Assembly (NCBI GenBank): GCA_041559015.1
Contig: JBFFED010000004.1
Span: forward strand, 2,781 to 66,780
Reading direction: 5' to 3'
DNA from: Thermoplasmata archaeon
Lineage (GTDB): Archaea; Thermoplasmatota; Thermoplasmata; UBA10834
Length of the DNA: 64,000 nucleotides
The notes beneath the pieces are model-generated. The model ran no database searches and was not told the origin of the DNA. It saw only the letters and a list, made by a program, of their open reading frames with translations. Positions 46,134 to 55,825 of this stretch are shown one piece after another. Numbering within the stretch: position 1 is the first letter of the stretch; every line of letters starts with the position of its first letter. A program made the translations under genes and the position numbers.

Positions 46134-47516
46134 GTGACGAGCGAGGCGCAGCCAGCACCCCCTCAGCCACCAGAGGAGTTCTGCGTGTCCTGTGGGAGCG
46201 CGATCCCATCTCGTGGCGTATACTGTCCAAGGTGCGGGTCGGTGAGAGCGTCCCTGAGAGGCTCGAGCGTCCCTCCTGCCGGTATCAGGCGCCTGCCCTA
46301 CAGATGTTCGACACACCAGCCACACCAACCGACGACTCACAAGCGTACGCCCTTGAGACGGGTCATCAAGACCGTCAGCGCCTATGTCATGTTGTCATTC
46401 CTGCTGCAGCTCGCCCTATCCGCAATCGTGCTCGTCTACGGGGCGACCATAGTCGTCCCCGAAATCATGGACTCTTGGGAGGGGGTTTCTCTCTTCCTTG
46501 TGCTCCCGGTGATGGTCAACATAGTGACACTCTCGGGATCCGCGCTCTTGGCGTACTACTTCTTGCTCATAGCTGCGATTTTGGCGAGCTGCGCGTACTT
46601 CTTCGCGAAGGGGGCGGGGCCTTACTTCCGGGAGCTGAGGATGTCGGCGAAATCCCGCGAGCACAGCATCATATTCGCCACTGTTGGCCTGCTATTCGCC
46701 ACCGTGTTCTTCTCGCTCGTGATAGCCTTGCTCGCAAGCCCCTCGGAAGATGAGCTCCCTGAAGCTGCGACAACCGCAGAGTACCTGTTCCTCCTCGCGA
46801 ACGCCTCGGTCTGGGAGGAGGTGATTGTGAGGGTCCTCATGATAGGCCTCCCCATGCTGGTAGTCGACCTGGCTCGGAGGAGATGGCAGACGAGACTCAG
46901 GTCTTACGTCCTGGGCGGGGGGTTCAAGATGGGCATGCCCGAGGTCTCTCTGCTGGTCGCATCCTCCGTGATATTCGGCGTCGCGCACTTCACGAGCGGC
47001 TGGGGGGCGTGGAAGATACTCCCCGCAACGGTTGGGGGGCTCGCGTTCGGATATCTCTTCCTCAGATATGGCATAGCCGCAAGCATCACGATGCACTTCG
47101 GCACGGACTACCTCACGATGCCGATAGAGGTATCGGACTCCCTTGGCCTGGCCGTGATCACGGGAATCGGCGTGGTCGTGTGGGCCGCTTTCGGCCTGAT
47201 ATTCTTCGCATACTACACCGCGAGAGTGATTGAGTTCCTGTCCGGCGCCGAGCTATTCGAGCCTGTACCCACGCCTGAGCCGCTTATGGGCACTTGGCCC
47301 TACGCACCGCCCGTCACTCCGCCACCCTACGACGGCCAACGACCTGCCGACCAGCGGCTGGCAGCCCCAGGCACGATGGGGAGAATGGATGCGGCGGCCT
47401 CGCCTCCACGGAGTGACAGTGTGGTCGGTGGATACGTCTGCCCTAGGTGCGGAGGCGTCGAGGCGCGATGGAGAGATGGCAGGTTCGAGTGCCTCAGATG
47501 CGGCTTTCTGTCATAG
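46134..47516 (+). CDS. CPBP-family intramembrane glutamic protease (CAAX/Abi type) flanked by N- and C-terminal zinc ribbons
   Basis: CVSCGSAIPSRGVYCPRCG at the N-terminus; CPBP motifs WEEVIVRVLM (EExxxR), FGVAHF (FxxxH), ITMHFGTDY; Pro-rich linker; C-terminal YVCPRCGGVEARWRDGRFECLRCG. Confidence 0.75.
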   Translation: MTSEAQPAPPQPPEEFCVSCGSAIPSRGVYCPRCGSVRASLRGSSVPPAGIRRLPYRCSTHQPHQPTTHKRTPLRRVIKTVSAYVMLSFLLQLALSAIVLVYGATIVVPEIMDSWEGVSLFLVLPVMVNIVTLSGSALLAYYFLLIAAILASCAYFFAKGAGPYFRELRMSAKSREHSIIFATVGLLFATVFFSLVIALLASPSEDELPEAATTAEYLFLLANASVWEEVIVRVLMIGLPMLVVDLARRRWQTRLRSYVLGGGFKMGMPEVSLLVASSVIFGVAHFTSGWGAWKILPATVGGLAFGYLFLRYGIAASITMHFGTDYLTMPIEVSDSLGLAVITGIGVVVWAAFGLIFFAYYTARVIEFLSGAELFEPVPTPEPLMGTWPYAPPVTPPPYDGQRPADQRLAAPGTMGRMDAAASPPRSDSVVGGYVCPRCGGVEARWRDGRFECLRCGFLS

Positions 47517-48266
47517 CGCGCGCTCGAGCACATCTTTGCTGATGATGCCACTCTCAAGGTCTCTGGACTCGATGATCATGTTATCCTGGTAACGTCCTCT
47601 CAAGGCTGTAGTGACCTTCCCTAGGTCGGCGGTGCCGTCGTCCACGACGTTGTGCTGGTCCCACTGACCCTCGTTGTTGTGCAGGTGAACGTTCCCGAAC
47701 CTGTCGACCAGGGCGAGCATCGCATCCAGCTGTCTGGCGGTGTTGGCGTGGCCCATATCGAAGCAGATTCTGAGCCCTGTTCCCTCGATTGCCTCGAGGA
47801 TCTCGTCCGCAGTGGTGCATGTCGCGTTAATGTTCGCGGGCATGTTCTCCACCACGACCTCCACCGAATTATCCTCGGCGAAGGATGCAATCTCCTTCAC
47901 GGATTCCTTGGTCATCTCCAGCGCCCGAGCCCGATTCAGGAAGGCAATCCCTCCAACGAACCCTGGGTGGACCGTCACGAGCCGGATGTCCAGGTTCCTG
48001 CACATGGATATTGTCTCAGTTGTCTGGTCGATCGCGGCGCGTCTCATCGGTTCGTGCACGCTCCCGATGTTGACATCGCTCAGTGGGGCATGGACCTGGA
48101 AGCGCATGTTGGTCGATTCGATCGCCCGCCTCACGCCTTCCTTGATGATGTCGAGCCTGTTCTCGCCTTCGGATAGTATCTCCCAGAGCTGGAAGTGTTC
48201 GGATATAGCCTTGAGCGAGGCCTCGAACGGCTGGATACAGAATGCGGGTGAACCTATGCCTATCAT
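47511..48266 (-). CDS. Sugar phosphate isomerase/epimerase (xylose isomerase-like TIM barrel)
   Basis: 251 aa; LVTVHPGF, VVENM, ICFDMGHAN, HLHNNEG motifs typical of the AP-endonuclease-2/xylose-isomerase-like fold. Confidence 0.7.
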   Translation of the reverse strand: MIGIGSPAFCIQPFEASLKAISEHFQLWEILSEGENRLDIIKEGVRRAIESTNMRFQVHAPLSDVNIGSVHEPMRRAAIDQTTETISMCRNLDIRLVTVHPGFVGGIAFLNRARALEMTKESVKEIASFAEDNSVEVVVENMPANINATCTTADEILEAIEGTGLRICFDMGHANTARQLDAMLALVDRFGNVHLHNNEGQWDQHNVVDDGTADLGKVTTALRGRYQDNMIIESRDLESGIISKDVLERAL

Positions 48267-48643
48267 CTGCCCATCTCCGCTCTTGTGGACGGGGCTATTG
48301 AATCTATGATGGATTCGATGTCGTCGGCCATCATGGAGACCTCTATGTCCCCGAGGGCATGATCTTCCTCAGAGAAGGATATCTTCCCAATGGCCGCGAC
48401 CTGCTTGTTGAGCCTGAATCTGGTCGTGTCCCCTTTCAGGCCACGCCGCATGACCTTCCGGGCGGCGTCCCGTATCTTGTACCTCTTCAGCAGCTCGCCG
48501 AACTCGTCAACGGAACCCGAGGTGGCGATTATCTCTGAATCACCACGGACCTCCGCGTCAGGAAAGAGATTGCGAATCGCGCGGATGACCGCGTTCCTAT
48601 CCTCAGTCGCGTGGCACCGCGCCCTGAGGCGGATATCCAGCAT
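48263..48643 (-). CDS. UPF0201-family (COG1931-like) predicted RNA-binding protein
   Basis: CHATEDRNAVIRAIRNLFPDA..IRDAARKVMRRGL..TRFRLNKQVAAIGKISFSEEDHALGDIEVSM matches the family pattern. Confidence 0.65.
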   Translation of the reverse strand: MLDIRLRARCHATEDRNAVIRAIRNLFPDAEVRGDSEIIATSGSVDEFGELLKRYKIRDAARKVMRRGLKGDTTRFRLNKQVAAIGKISFSEEDHALGDIEVSMMADDIESIIDSIAPSTRAEMGR

Positions 48644-48663
48644 GTGCTGACCATGTTAGAAAA

Positions 48664-48674
48664 GATATTTAAAG
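48664..48674. promoter_or_regulatory. Single central TATA box gatatttaaag shared by two divergent genes
   Basis: Centre (48669) is 26 nt from ATG 48643 (minus gene) and 29 nt from ATG 48698 (PolD small subunit); the whole spacer is 54 nt. Confidence 0.5.
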
Positions 48675-48697
48675 ACGTCCGCGCTAGGATTCGCGGG

Positions 48698-50170
48698 ATG
48701 AAGAAGCGGGTTCTGAAGGCGCTCACGGAAAAAGGCATTCTTGTCGAGCCTGATGCTCTCGACGCGCTCTCGAAAGCGCCTGACGCTATGAGATGCGTTC
48801 AGTTGATCACCGACGACGGAGAGAACAGACCGCTCATATTGACGCGCTCCGATATCGCCAACTACATTGAGTGTCTGTCGACGAAGCCGTCCTCGACGGT
48901 GAAGGCGACCCAGGCAGCGGCCCCCGTGGTCGACTCTGCCCCGGCGACAGCGCAGCATCCGTGGAATACCTCTGAGATGAAGGTGCTGAAGGACATCACG
49001 GGTGACTCGACCTGCGTCGGCAACGTCATCGATTTCGCCAAGCTCTTCAACGATCGGTTCGCCGCCTTGAAGAGGATGCTCGCGAGGAGGCGGGATCTCT
49101 CCGGCCTGGTGTCAATCGCGAAGGCGAAGAGAGTTCAGAGGGATGTCAGGTTCGTCGGTATGGTGAACGACGTGCGCTCGACCAAGCATGGCCACACGAT
49201 GCTCGAGATGGAGGACGAAGAGGACAAGGTCCAGGTGCTCGTAATGAAGACCGCTTCGCGAGTCTTGCTCGGCTCGTTCGTGAAGGATGAGGTGGTCGGG
49301 GTTGTTGGGTCGTTCAGCAAGGATGGGGAGATCGTGATCGCGAAGGACCTAATCAGGCCTGATGTGCCCCTCAACAGCGGGATGGTGCCGAACGGTTCGG
49401 ACACCATTGTTGCGTTCGCCTCCGACATACATGTCGGGAGCACGGAGTTCATGGGAGATGCGTGGGAGCGGTTCATTGCATGGCTCGGAAATGACCCGGT
49501 GGCAGAGGATATCAGGTACATCATCATGCCCGGCGATCTTGTGGACGGGATCGGCATCTACCCTGGTCAGGAGGACGAGCTGGTGATAGAGGATGTGTAT
49601 GAGCAGTACAAGGAGCTCGCACGGCTCGTGGAGAAGGTGCCTGAGCGCATCAGAATCATCATGATGCCCGGGAACCACGACGCCGTCAGACTTGCGGAGC
49701 CTCAGCCGGCCCTCCCGAATGAGATATCCTCGATGTTCGATTCGAGGGTGACTTTCGTCGGCAACCCCTGCTACCTGGACATCGAGGGCAGGGTGATCCT
49801 CGCATACCACGGCAGGAGCATGGATGACTTCGTCGCAAACGTACGGAGCCTCTCGTACCGGGAGCCGGAGAGGATCATGATGGACATGCTGAAGAGAAGG
49901 CACATGGCGCCCATCTACGGAGAGAAGACCGCCCTTGCCCCAGAGCAGAAGGATTACCTCGTCATAGACAGGGTGCCTGACATCTTCGTGACGGGGCACA
50001 TACACGGCTGCAAGGTCGACGAGTACAGGGGCATCAAGCTGATAAACGCCTCCGCATGGCAGTCCCAGACGGCCTTCCAGAGGATGCACAACCAGATACC
50101 GGACCCTGCGAAGGTGCCCATGGTCAACCTCGGCACCGGGGAGATATGGATAGAGGATTTCTCCAGTTGA
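48698..50170 (+). CDS. polB: DNA polymerase II (PolD) small subunit DP1
   Basis: MKKRVLKALTEKGILVEPDAL N-terminus; calcineurin-like phosphoesterase motifs DIHVGS, PGDLVDG, PGNHD, TGHIH; ORF opens at GTG 48611 but that overlaps the divergent gene. Confidence 0.9.
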   Translation: MKKRVLKALTEKGILVEPDALDALSKAPDAMRCVQLITDDGENRPLILTRSDIANYIECLSTKPSSTVKATQAAAPVVDSAPATAQHPWNTSEMKVLKDITGDSTCVGNVIDFAKLFNDRFAALKRMLARRRDLSGLVSIAKAKRVQRDVRFVGMVNDVRSTKHGHTMLEMEDEEDKVQVLVMKTASRVLLGSFVKDEVVGVVGSFSKDGEIVIAKDLIRPDVPLNSGMVPNGSDTIVAFASDIHVGSTEFMGDAWERFIAWLGNDPVAEDIRYIIMPGDLVDGIGIYPGQEDELVIEDVYEQYKELARLVEKVPERIRIIMMPGNHDAVRLAEPQPALPNEISSMFDSRVTFVGNPCYLDIEGRVILAYHGRSMDDFVANVRSLSYREPERIMMDMLKRRHMAPIYGEKTALAPEQKDYLVIDRVPDIFVTGHIHGCKVDEYRGIKLINASAWQSQTAFQRMHNQIPDPAKVPMVNLGTGEIWIEDFSS

Positions 50171-50207
50171 TACCGCGGGTCAAAGACTTGATATCCGATT
50201 AGCGGGA

Positions 50208-51593
50208 TTGCCCATCGTGCACGAGTTCGACATGTTCTTCCGCCCGGGATCGGTGGCCGTCATCGGCGCGACCCCTTCGTCCGGCAAGATCGGGAACATA
50301 ATCATTGAGAATCTCTTCAGCCAGGGGTACAAGGGGAAGGTCTACTTCGTCAACCCGAACTACAGCGAGATACTGGGCATGCCGTGCTATCCGACTGTGC
50401 TCGAATGCCCAGAGACGCCCGACATGGCTGTGATAGTAGTGCCTGCGAAGCTTGTCGCCGGGGTTCTGGAGGAGGCGGGCCAGAAGGGAGTGAGATGTGT
50501 AACCATCATATCAGCGGGCTTCTCCGAGGGCGATGATGAGGGCAAGGCCAGGGAGAGACAGGTTGTCGAGATTGCGAACAGGCACGGGATCAGGGTCATC
50601 GGTCCCAACTCGCTCGGAATCATCTCACCTCACCATGACATGAACGCATCATTCGCGAGGACGACGCCACTGAAGGGACCCATCGCATTCTTCTCACAGA
50701 GCGGTGCGTTCTGCACCGCGGCAATCGAGTACTCTGTCAGCGATCTGCTCGGGTTCTCCGCATTCGTCAGCACGGGCAACAAGGCAGACATAGACGACGC
50801 GGACCTCGTGAGTTACTTCGCAGACGATCCGGAGACTAAGTGCATCGCCGCGTACATGGAGTCCACGAGGAAAGGGCAGGAGCTGTTCAAGGCCCTGGAG
50901 AAGGCATCCGAGAAGAAGCCCATAGTGATACTCAAAGCGGGCAGGTCAAAGAGAGGGGCCAAGGCTGCGAGCTCACATACGGGCGCGCTCGCGGGCTCTG
51001 ATGCCGCCTTCGACGCCGCATTCAAGCAGACCGGGGTGTACAGGGCGAGGACGATGTTCGAGCTGTTCGACGCCTCTCAGGCGTTGGCGTACCAGCCGCC
51101 TCTGAGCGGGGACGGACTGGCGATAGTGACCAACGCGGGCGGTATGGGAGTCATCGCCACGGACTACGCCGAGGAGATGGGGCTGGAGCTGGCTGAGCTG
51201 TCCGCGAGCACGCTCGCCGAGATAGGCAAGGTCTGTCCTCCCACCTGGAGCTGGGGCAATCCCATAGACATCATCGGGGACGCGGACACGGCGAGATACT
51301 CGAACGTTCTCAAGATCGTGGGACAGGCGCCCGAGGTCAAGGGAATACTCGTGATAGCGGCAAGGCAAGCCGCGACGAACCTGTTCGAGCTGGCCAAGTG
51401 GATATCAATCACCGCAAAGCTGAGCGGGAAGCCGACTGTCACCTGCTTCGCTGGCATTGAGGACCCCGAGTCCGAGAGCTTCCTGGACGGAAGGGGCATC
51501 CCGGTCATGCCCGTCCCGGAGAGGGCCGTGACCGCATTGCACGCGCTCTCGGTCAGAGGGCAGTACCTGAGCAAGAAGAAGATACCTCGATGA
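50208..51593 (+). CDS. ADP-forming acetyl-CoA synthetase alpha-type subunit (CoA-binding / succinyl-CoA-synthetase-like domains)
   Basis: FFRPGSVAVIGATPSSGKIGNIIIENL, ISAGFSE, GPNSLG, SQSGAF; no adjacent ATP-grasp beta subunit. Confidence 0.75.
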   Translation: MPIVHEFDMFFRPGSVAVIGATPSSGKIGNIIIENLFSQGYKGKVYFVNPNYSEILGMPCYPTVLECPETPDMAVIVVPAKLVAGVLEEAGQKGVRCVTIISAGFSEGDDEGKARERQVVEIANRHGIRVIGPNSLGIISPHHDMNASFARTTPLKGPIAFFSQSGAFCTAAIEYSVSDLLGFSAFVSTGNKADIDDADLVSYFADDPETKCIAAYMESTRKGQELFKALEKASEKKPIVILKAGRSKRGAKAASSHTGALAGSDAAFDAAFKQTGVYRARTMFELFDASQALAYQPPLSGDGLAIVTNAGGMGVIATDYAEEMGLELAELSASTLAEIGKVCPPTWSWGNPIDIIGDADTARYSNVLKIVGQAPEVKGILVIAARQAATNLFELAKWISITAKLSGKPTVTCFAGIEDPESESFLDGRGIPVMPVPERAVTALHALSVRGQYLSKKKIPR

Positions 51594-51610
51594 CCCTTCT
51601 GGGAGACTTG

Positions 51611-51736
51611 TCAGCCGAACAGTTCCCTGATTATGAGATAGGCGCCAATTCCGATGAAGACCAGGCTGGACAGGAACGCGACCATGATCACCTTCATCAT
51701 GAACTGCCTGTCCCGCAGGAGATCGGAGAGTGCCAT
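51611..51736 (-). CDS. Candidate 41-aa single-pass membrane peptide directly after atpD
   Basis: Hand translation: MALSDLLRDRQFMMKVIMVAFLSSLVFIGIGAYLIIRELFG; ATG 4 nt after the atpD stop; GC3-biased codons; below the ORF-track cutoff. Confidence 0.3.
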   Translation of the reverse strand: MALSDLLRDRQFMMKVIMVAFLSSLVFIGIGAYLIIRELFG

Positions 51737-51740
51737 GCAG

Positions 51741-52382
51741 TCAAGCCTCTGCGGCCTTGGCCGACTTGTCCTTGATTCGCTTCAGGCGGAAGGTGTTGTC
51801 CCTCTCCATCTCCTCGAGCCTGAACCTGATGAACCGCTCGATCTCCTGGAGGTCGGGGAGCACCTTGAACTCGAGGGCGTTCACGCGCCTCTTGGTCCGT
51901 TCTATCTCCTCGAGGAGCTTCTTCATCGTCGTCTCCAGCTCGGCCGCCTTCACGACCGTCTCCACCAGGTTCTCATAGGCCTCGGTCGCCTCGTCTATCC
52001 TCGGGGACGTCCCGATGATGCCGTAACCGCGCTCGGTTATCGGCGCGACTATCTTGGTGGATTTGATCTCCGGCACCACGACACCCATGAGGTTCCTGCT
52101 GCGGAGCTGTATCTCCGGGTGGCCCGTGAGGGCATATGATGCGGACCTGACCGCTATCACGCCGTCCACCGCGCTCGCGATGGCAATCTTCTCGCTCGCC
52201 TCCTTGTAGCGCCTCGCGATCTCCAGCCTGAGGCCCTTGGCCTGGTCGAGTATCTTGAAGAACTCGAGTATCAGGCCATCCCTCTTGAGCTTCAGTATCT
52301 TGTAGCCGTTCTGGGTCAACCTGATCTTCTTGGTGACCTCGAGCAGCTCCGATCTCGTTGGCTGGACCTCTCTCTGCGGCAT
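51741..52382 (-). CDS. atpD: A-type ATP synthase subunit D
   Basis: VQPTRSELLEVTKKIRLTQNGYKILKLKRDGLILEFF; 213 aa. Confidence 0.9.
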   Translation of the reverse strand: MPQREVQPTRSELLEVTKKIRLTQNGYKILKLKRDGLILEFFKILDQAKGLRLEIARRYKEASEKIAIASAVDGVIAVRSASYALTGHPEIQLRSRNLMGVVVPEIKSTKIVAPITERGYGIIGTSPRIDEATEAYENLVETVVKAAELETTMKKLLEEIERTKRRVNALEFKVLPDLQEIERFIRFRLEEMERDNTFRLKRIKDKSAKAAEA

Positions 52383-52389
52383 CTCGATC

Positions 52390-53775
52390 TCACTTCTTCA
52401 TGGTCGGGTGGTACTTCTCGATGAACTTGCGATCTATCTTGGTGAGCGAATCTATGGGCAGCCCCGACAGCAGCTCCCAGCCGAGGTCGAGGGTCTGCTC
52501 GATAGTCCTGTCCTCAGTCTTCTCCTGCCGGACGAACCTGTCCTCGAACGCGTCCGCGAAATCGAGGAACTTCCTGTCCCTGTCCGAGAGCGCCTCCTTG
52601 CCCACGATGGCCACGAGGCCCCTGAGATCCCTGCCCTCGGCGTAGGCGGCGTAGAGCTGGTCCGAGACCGCCCTGTGGTCATCCCTCGTCCTGCCAGGGC
52701 CTATGCCCTGGCCCATGAGCCTCGAGAGCGACCGCTCGACAGCGACTGGCGGGAAGATGCCCTTCCTGTGCAGGTCTCTCGACGCGACGATCTGCCCCTC
52801 AGTGATGTATCCCGTCAGATCGGGAATCGGGTGCGTGATGTCGTCACCCGGCATGGAGAGTATCGGGAACTGCGTGATCGAGCCGTTCTTGTCCTTGATC
52901 CTGCCCGCGCGCTCGTACATCGACGCGAGATCGGTGTACATGTAGCCTGGGTAGCCCCGCCTCGCGGGCACCTCCTCCCTCGCGGCGCCTATCTGCCTGA
53001 GCGCCTCGCAGTAGTTGGTCAGGTCCGTCAATATGACGAGCACGTGCATGCCGAGGTCGAACGCAAGGTACTCCGCGGTGGTGAGTGCGAGCCTAGGCGT
53101 CAGGAGCCTCTCGATGGCGGGGTCGTCCGCGAGATTGAGGAACACGACCGCCCTCTTGAGCGCGCCAGTCCTCTCGAAATCCTTCATGAAGTACTGAGCC
53201 TCCTCGCTCGTGATACCCATGGCGGCGAACACGACCGCGAACTCCTCCTTGCCTCCCAGGACCTTCGCCTGCCTCGCAATCTGCAGCGCTATGTCGTTGT
53301 GCGGGAGACCCGAACCTGAGAATATCGGGAGCTTCTGCCCCCTAACGAGCGTGTTCATGCCGTCTATGGTGGAGATGCCCGTCTGGATGAACTCCTGCGG
53401 GTTGTCCCTAGCCCAGGGGTTGATGGCCGCGCCGATGATCTCGAGCCTCTTCTCCGGTATGATCGGAGGGCCGTTGTCGAGCGGGTCGCCGGAGCCGCTC
53501 AGTATCCTCCCGAGCATGTCCTTCGCGACTGGCATCTTGACGGTCTCGCCCAGGAACTTCACCCCGGAAGCGCGGTCGATGCCGCCTGTGCCCTCGAAAA
53601 CCTGTATCACGACTACCTCGTCCGATGTGTCCAGGACCTGCCCCCTCTTCATGGATCCGTCGGGAAGGGCGATCTGCACGAGCTCGCCGTATCCGACCGG
53701 CTCGGTCTTCTCGACGAACACGAGCGGTCCAGCGATCTGGTTGATCGTGTGGTACTCCTTGGCCATGTCGTTCAC
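52390..53775 (-). CDS. atpB: A-type ATP synthase subunit B
   Basis: 461 aa; [35 protein letters not shown]. Confidence 0.95.
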   Translation of the reverse strand: MNDMAKEYHTINQIAGPLVFVEKTEPVGYGELVQIALPDGSMKRGQVLDTSDEVVVIQVFEGTGGIDRASGVKFLGETVKMPVAKDMLGRILSGSGDPLDNGPPIIPEKRLEIIGAAINPWARDNPQEFIQTGISTIDGMNTLVRGQKLPIFSGSGLPHNDIALQIARQAKVLGGKEEFAVVFAAMGITSEEAQYFMKDFERTGALKRAVVFLNLADDPAIERLLTPRLALTTAEYLAFDLGMHVLVILTDLTNYCEALRQIGAAREEVPARRGYPGYMYTDLASMYERAGRIKDKNGSITQFPILSMPGDDITHPIPDLTGYITEGQIVASRDLHRKGIFPPVAVERSLSRLMGQGIGPGRTRDDHRAVSDQLYAAYAEGRDLRGLVAIVGKEALSDRDRKFLDFADAFEDRFVRQEKTEDRTIEQTLDLGWELLSGLPIDSLTKIDRKFIEKYHPTMKK

Positions 53776-55514
53776 ACCCCCAGAGAAGCGAACTGCTTCT
53801 CCATCTCGGCGCCCACCTTCTTCAGGTCTTCGTCTATCGTCTCCTCGAACTTCAGCTTGCCCAGGTCGCTCCTGCAGGGGAGGGACGATATCTTCTCAAG
53901 GGGCACCTCGAGGGCGATCGCCTTGTTCGCCAGCTCCGAGAACTTCCTTATCGTGCTCATGTACTCGAACTGCCGCGAGAGCGGGCTGTAGGTGTCGACC
54001 GGGTGGTACGCACTCTGCTGGAGGAAGAACTCGCGGATCATTCTGGCGACATCCAGCGTGAGCCTCTGCTCTTCGGGGAGCGCGTCCGATCCGACGAGCT
54101 GCACGATCTCCTGCAGCTCCGACTCCTTCTGGAGGGTCTCCATGGCCCACAGCCTGACATGGTTCCAGTCCTCGGACACGTTCTTCCTGTACCAGTCCTC
54201 CAATATTGGGCTGTAGAGGCTGTAGGAGGTCAGCCAGTTGATTGCAGGGAAGTGCCTCCTCTCCCTCAGCTTCGAGTCCAGCGCCCAGAAGACCTTGACT
54301 ATCCTAAGCGTGTTCTGCGTGACGGGTTCGCTGAAATCGCCTCCGGAGGGAGAGACCGCACCGATGACAGATATGGAGCCGATGTGGCCTGAGTGCGTCT
54401 TCACGCGACCGCACCTCTCGTAGAACTCGGAGAGCCTTGATGCGAGGTACGCTGGATAGCCCTCCTCGCCCGGCATCTCCTCCAGTCTTGAGGATATCTC
54501 CCTCATCGCCTCCGCCCAACGCGAGGTCGAATCGGCCATGAGAGACACGTCGTAGCCCATGTCCCTGTAGTACTCTGCGATCGTGATGCCCGTGTACACG
54601 GACGCCTCCCGGGCGGCCACCGGCATGTTGGATGTGTTCGCCACTAGGACAGTCCTGCCCATGAGCGGCTTGCCCGATTTCGGGTCCTCCAGCTCCGGGA
54701 AGGATGTGAGGACCTCGGTCATCTCGTTGCCCCTCTCGCCGCAGCCGACATAGATGACTATCTGTGCGTCGCTCCACTTGGACAGCTGCTGCGACGTGAC
54801 TGTCTTGCCAGTCCCGAAGCCCCCGGGGATCGCCGCGGTCCCGCCCTTGGCGAGCGGGAATAGCATGTCGAGCACGCGCTGGCCGGTGACGAGCGGTATG
54901 TCGGGAAGGAGCTTCTCGACATATGGCCTAGAGTGCCTCACGGGCCACTCCTGCATCAGCCTCAGTTTCTGGCCGGAGTCGAGCTCCGCGATAGTATCCT
55001 CGACCGTGAACTCGCCCCCGGAGATGCTCTTGATCTTCCCCTTCGCCTTCACAGGCGCAAGCACCTTGTGGACTATGTTGCCCTCGGGCACGGTGCCTAT
55101 TATCTCCCCGCCCTTGAGCGCGTCCCCCACCTTGGCCGAAGGGGTGAAGCTCCACTTCTTCGTTCTGTCGAGGCCGGGAGCGGTCACGCCTCTCGAGACG
55201 AAGTCGCCCTGCTTGGCCCTGAGGACCGGCAGGGGCCTCTGGACGCCGTCGTAGACGCTGGACAACAGGCCGGGCCCGAGCTCCACGAGGAGAGGCGCCG
55301 CGCTGTCGATGACCTCCTCGCCGGGCCTTATCCCGGACGTGTCCTCATAGACCTGGATGATCGTCTTGTCGCCCACGAGCTTGATCACCTCGCCCATGAG
55401 CTTCATCTCCCCGACGTAGACGACATCGTACATCCTAGGCGAGATTCCCTCGGCCGTGACGACCGGGCCCGCCACCCTCGTTATCTTCCCTTTCTTCTTC
55501 TCAGCCATAGCCAC
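53772..55514 (-). CDS. atpA: A-type ATP synthase catalytic subunit A (no intein)
   Basis: 580 aa; Walker [12 protein letters not shown]; [15 protein letters not shown]. Confidence 0.95.
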   Translation of the reverse strand: MAMAEKKKGKITRVAGPVVTAEGISPRMYDVVYVGEMKLMGEVIKLVGDKTIIQVYEDTSGIRPGEEVIDSAAPLLVELGPGLLSSVYDGVQRPLPVLRAKQGDFVSRGVTAPGLDRTKKWSFTPSAKVGDALKGGEIIGTVPEGNIVHKVLAPVKAKGKIKSISGGEFTVEDTIAELDSGQKLRLMQEWPVRHSRPYVEKLLPDIPLVTGQRVLDMLFPLAKGGTAAIPGGFGTGKTVTSQQLSKWSDAQIVIYVGCGERGNEMTEVLTSFPELEDPKSGKPLMGRTVLVANTSNMPVAAREASVYTGITIAEYYRDMGYDVSLMADSTSRWAEAMREISSRLEEMPGEEGYPAYLASRLSEFYERCGRVKTHSGHIGSISVIGAVSPSGGDFSEPVTQNTLRIVKVFWALDSKLRERRHFPAINWLTSYSLYSPILEDWYRKNVSEDWNHVRLWAMETLQKESELQEIVQLVGSDALPEEQRLTLDVARMIREFFLQQSAYHPVDTYSPLSRQFEYMSTIRKFSELANKAIALEVPLEKISSLPCRSDLGKLKFEETIDEDLKKVGAEMEKQFASLGV

Positions 55515-55524
55515 TCGCTCCCAT

Positions 55525-55824
55525 TCATTTCGACTTGTAGAGATCTATGCCCATCGCCCGTCGGACCTTGTCCCTCATGTCTCCCTCCTCCAGTCCGACA
55601 GGTATCACGACGGGGTCGACGCTCTCCAGCATCCGGGTCTTGAGCTGCGCGGGGAGCTTCTCCATGTCCCGCGTGCTGACCGCTAAGATGCCCACGTCGG
55701 CCTCGTCCATTATCTTGACCACCGTCTCGAGGTACTTGTCTGGCGTCGTGGCATACACCTTGCGTATGCCCGCGAGCCTGAACCCCGTGACGAACTCCTC
55801 CGAACCCACTACGGCGATCTCCAT
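55525..55824 (-). CDS. atpF: A-type ATP synthase subunit F
   Basis: 99 aa; [20 protein letters not shown].. Confidence 0.85.
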   Translation of the reverse strand: MEIAVVGSEEFVTGFRLAGIRKVYATTPDKYLETVVKIMDEADVGILAVSTRDMEKLPAQLKTRMLESVDPVVIPVGLEEGDMRDKVRRAMGIDLYKSK

Positions 55825-55825
55825 G

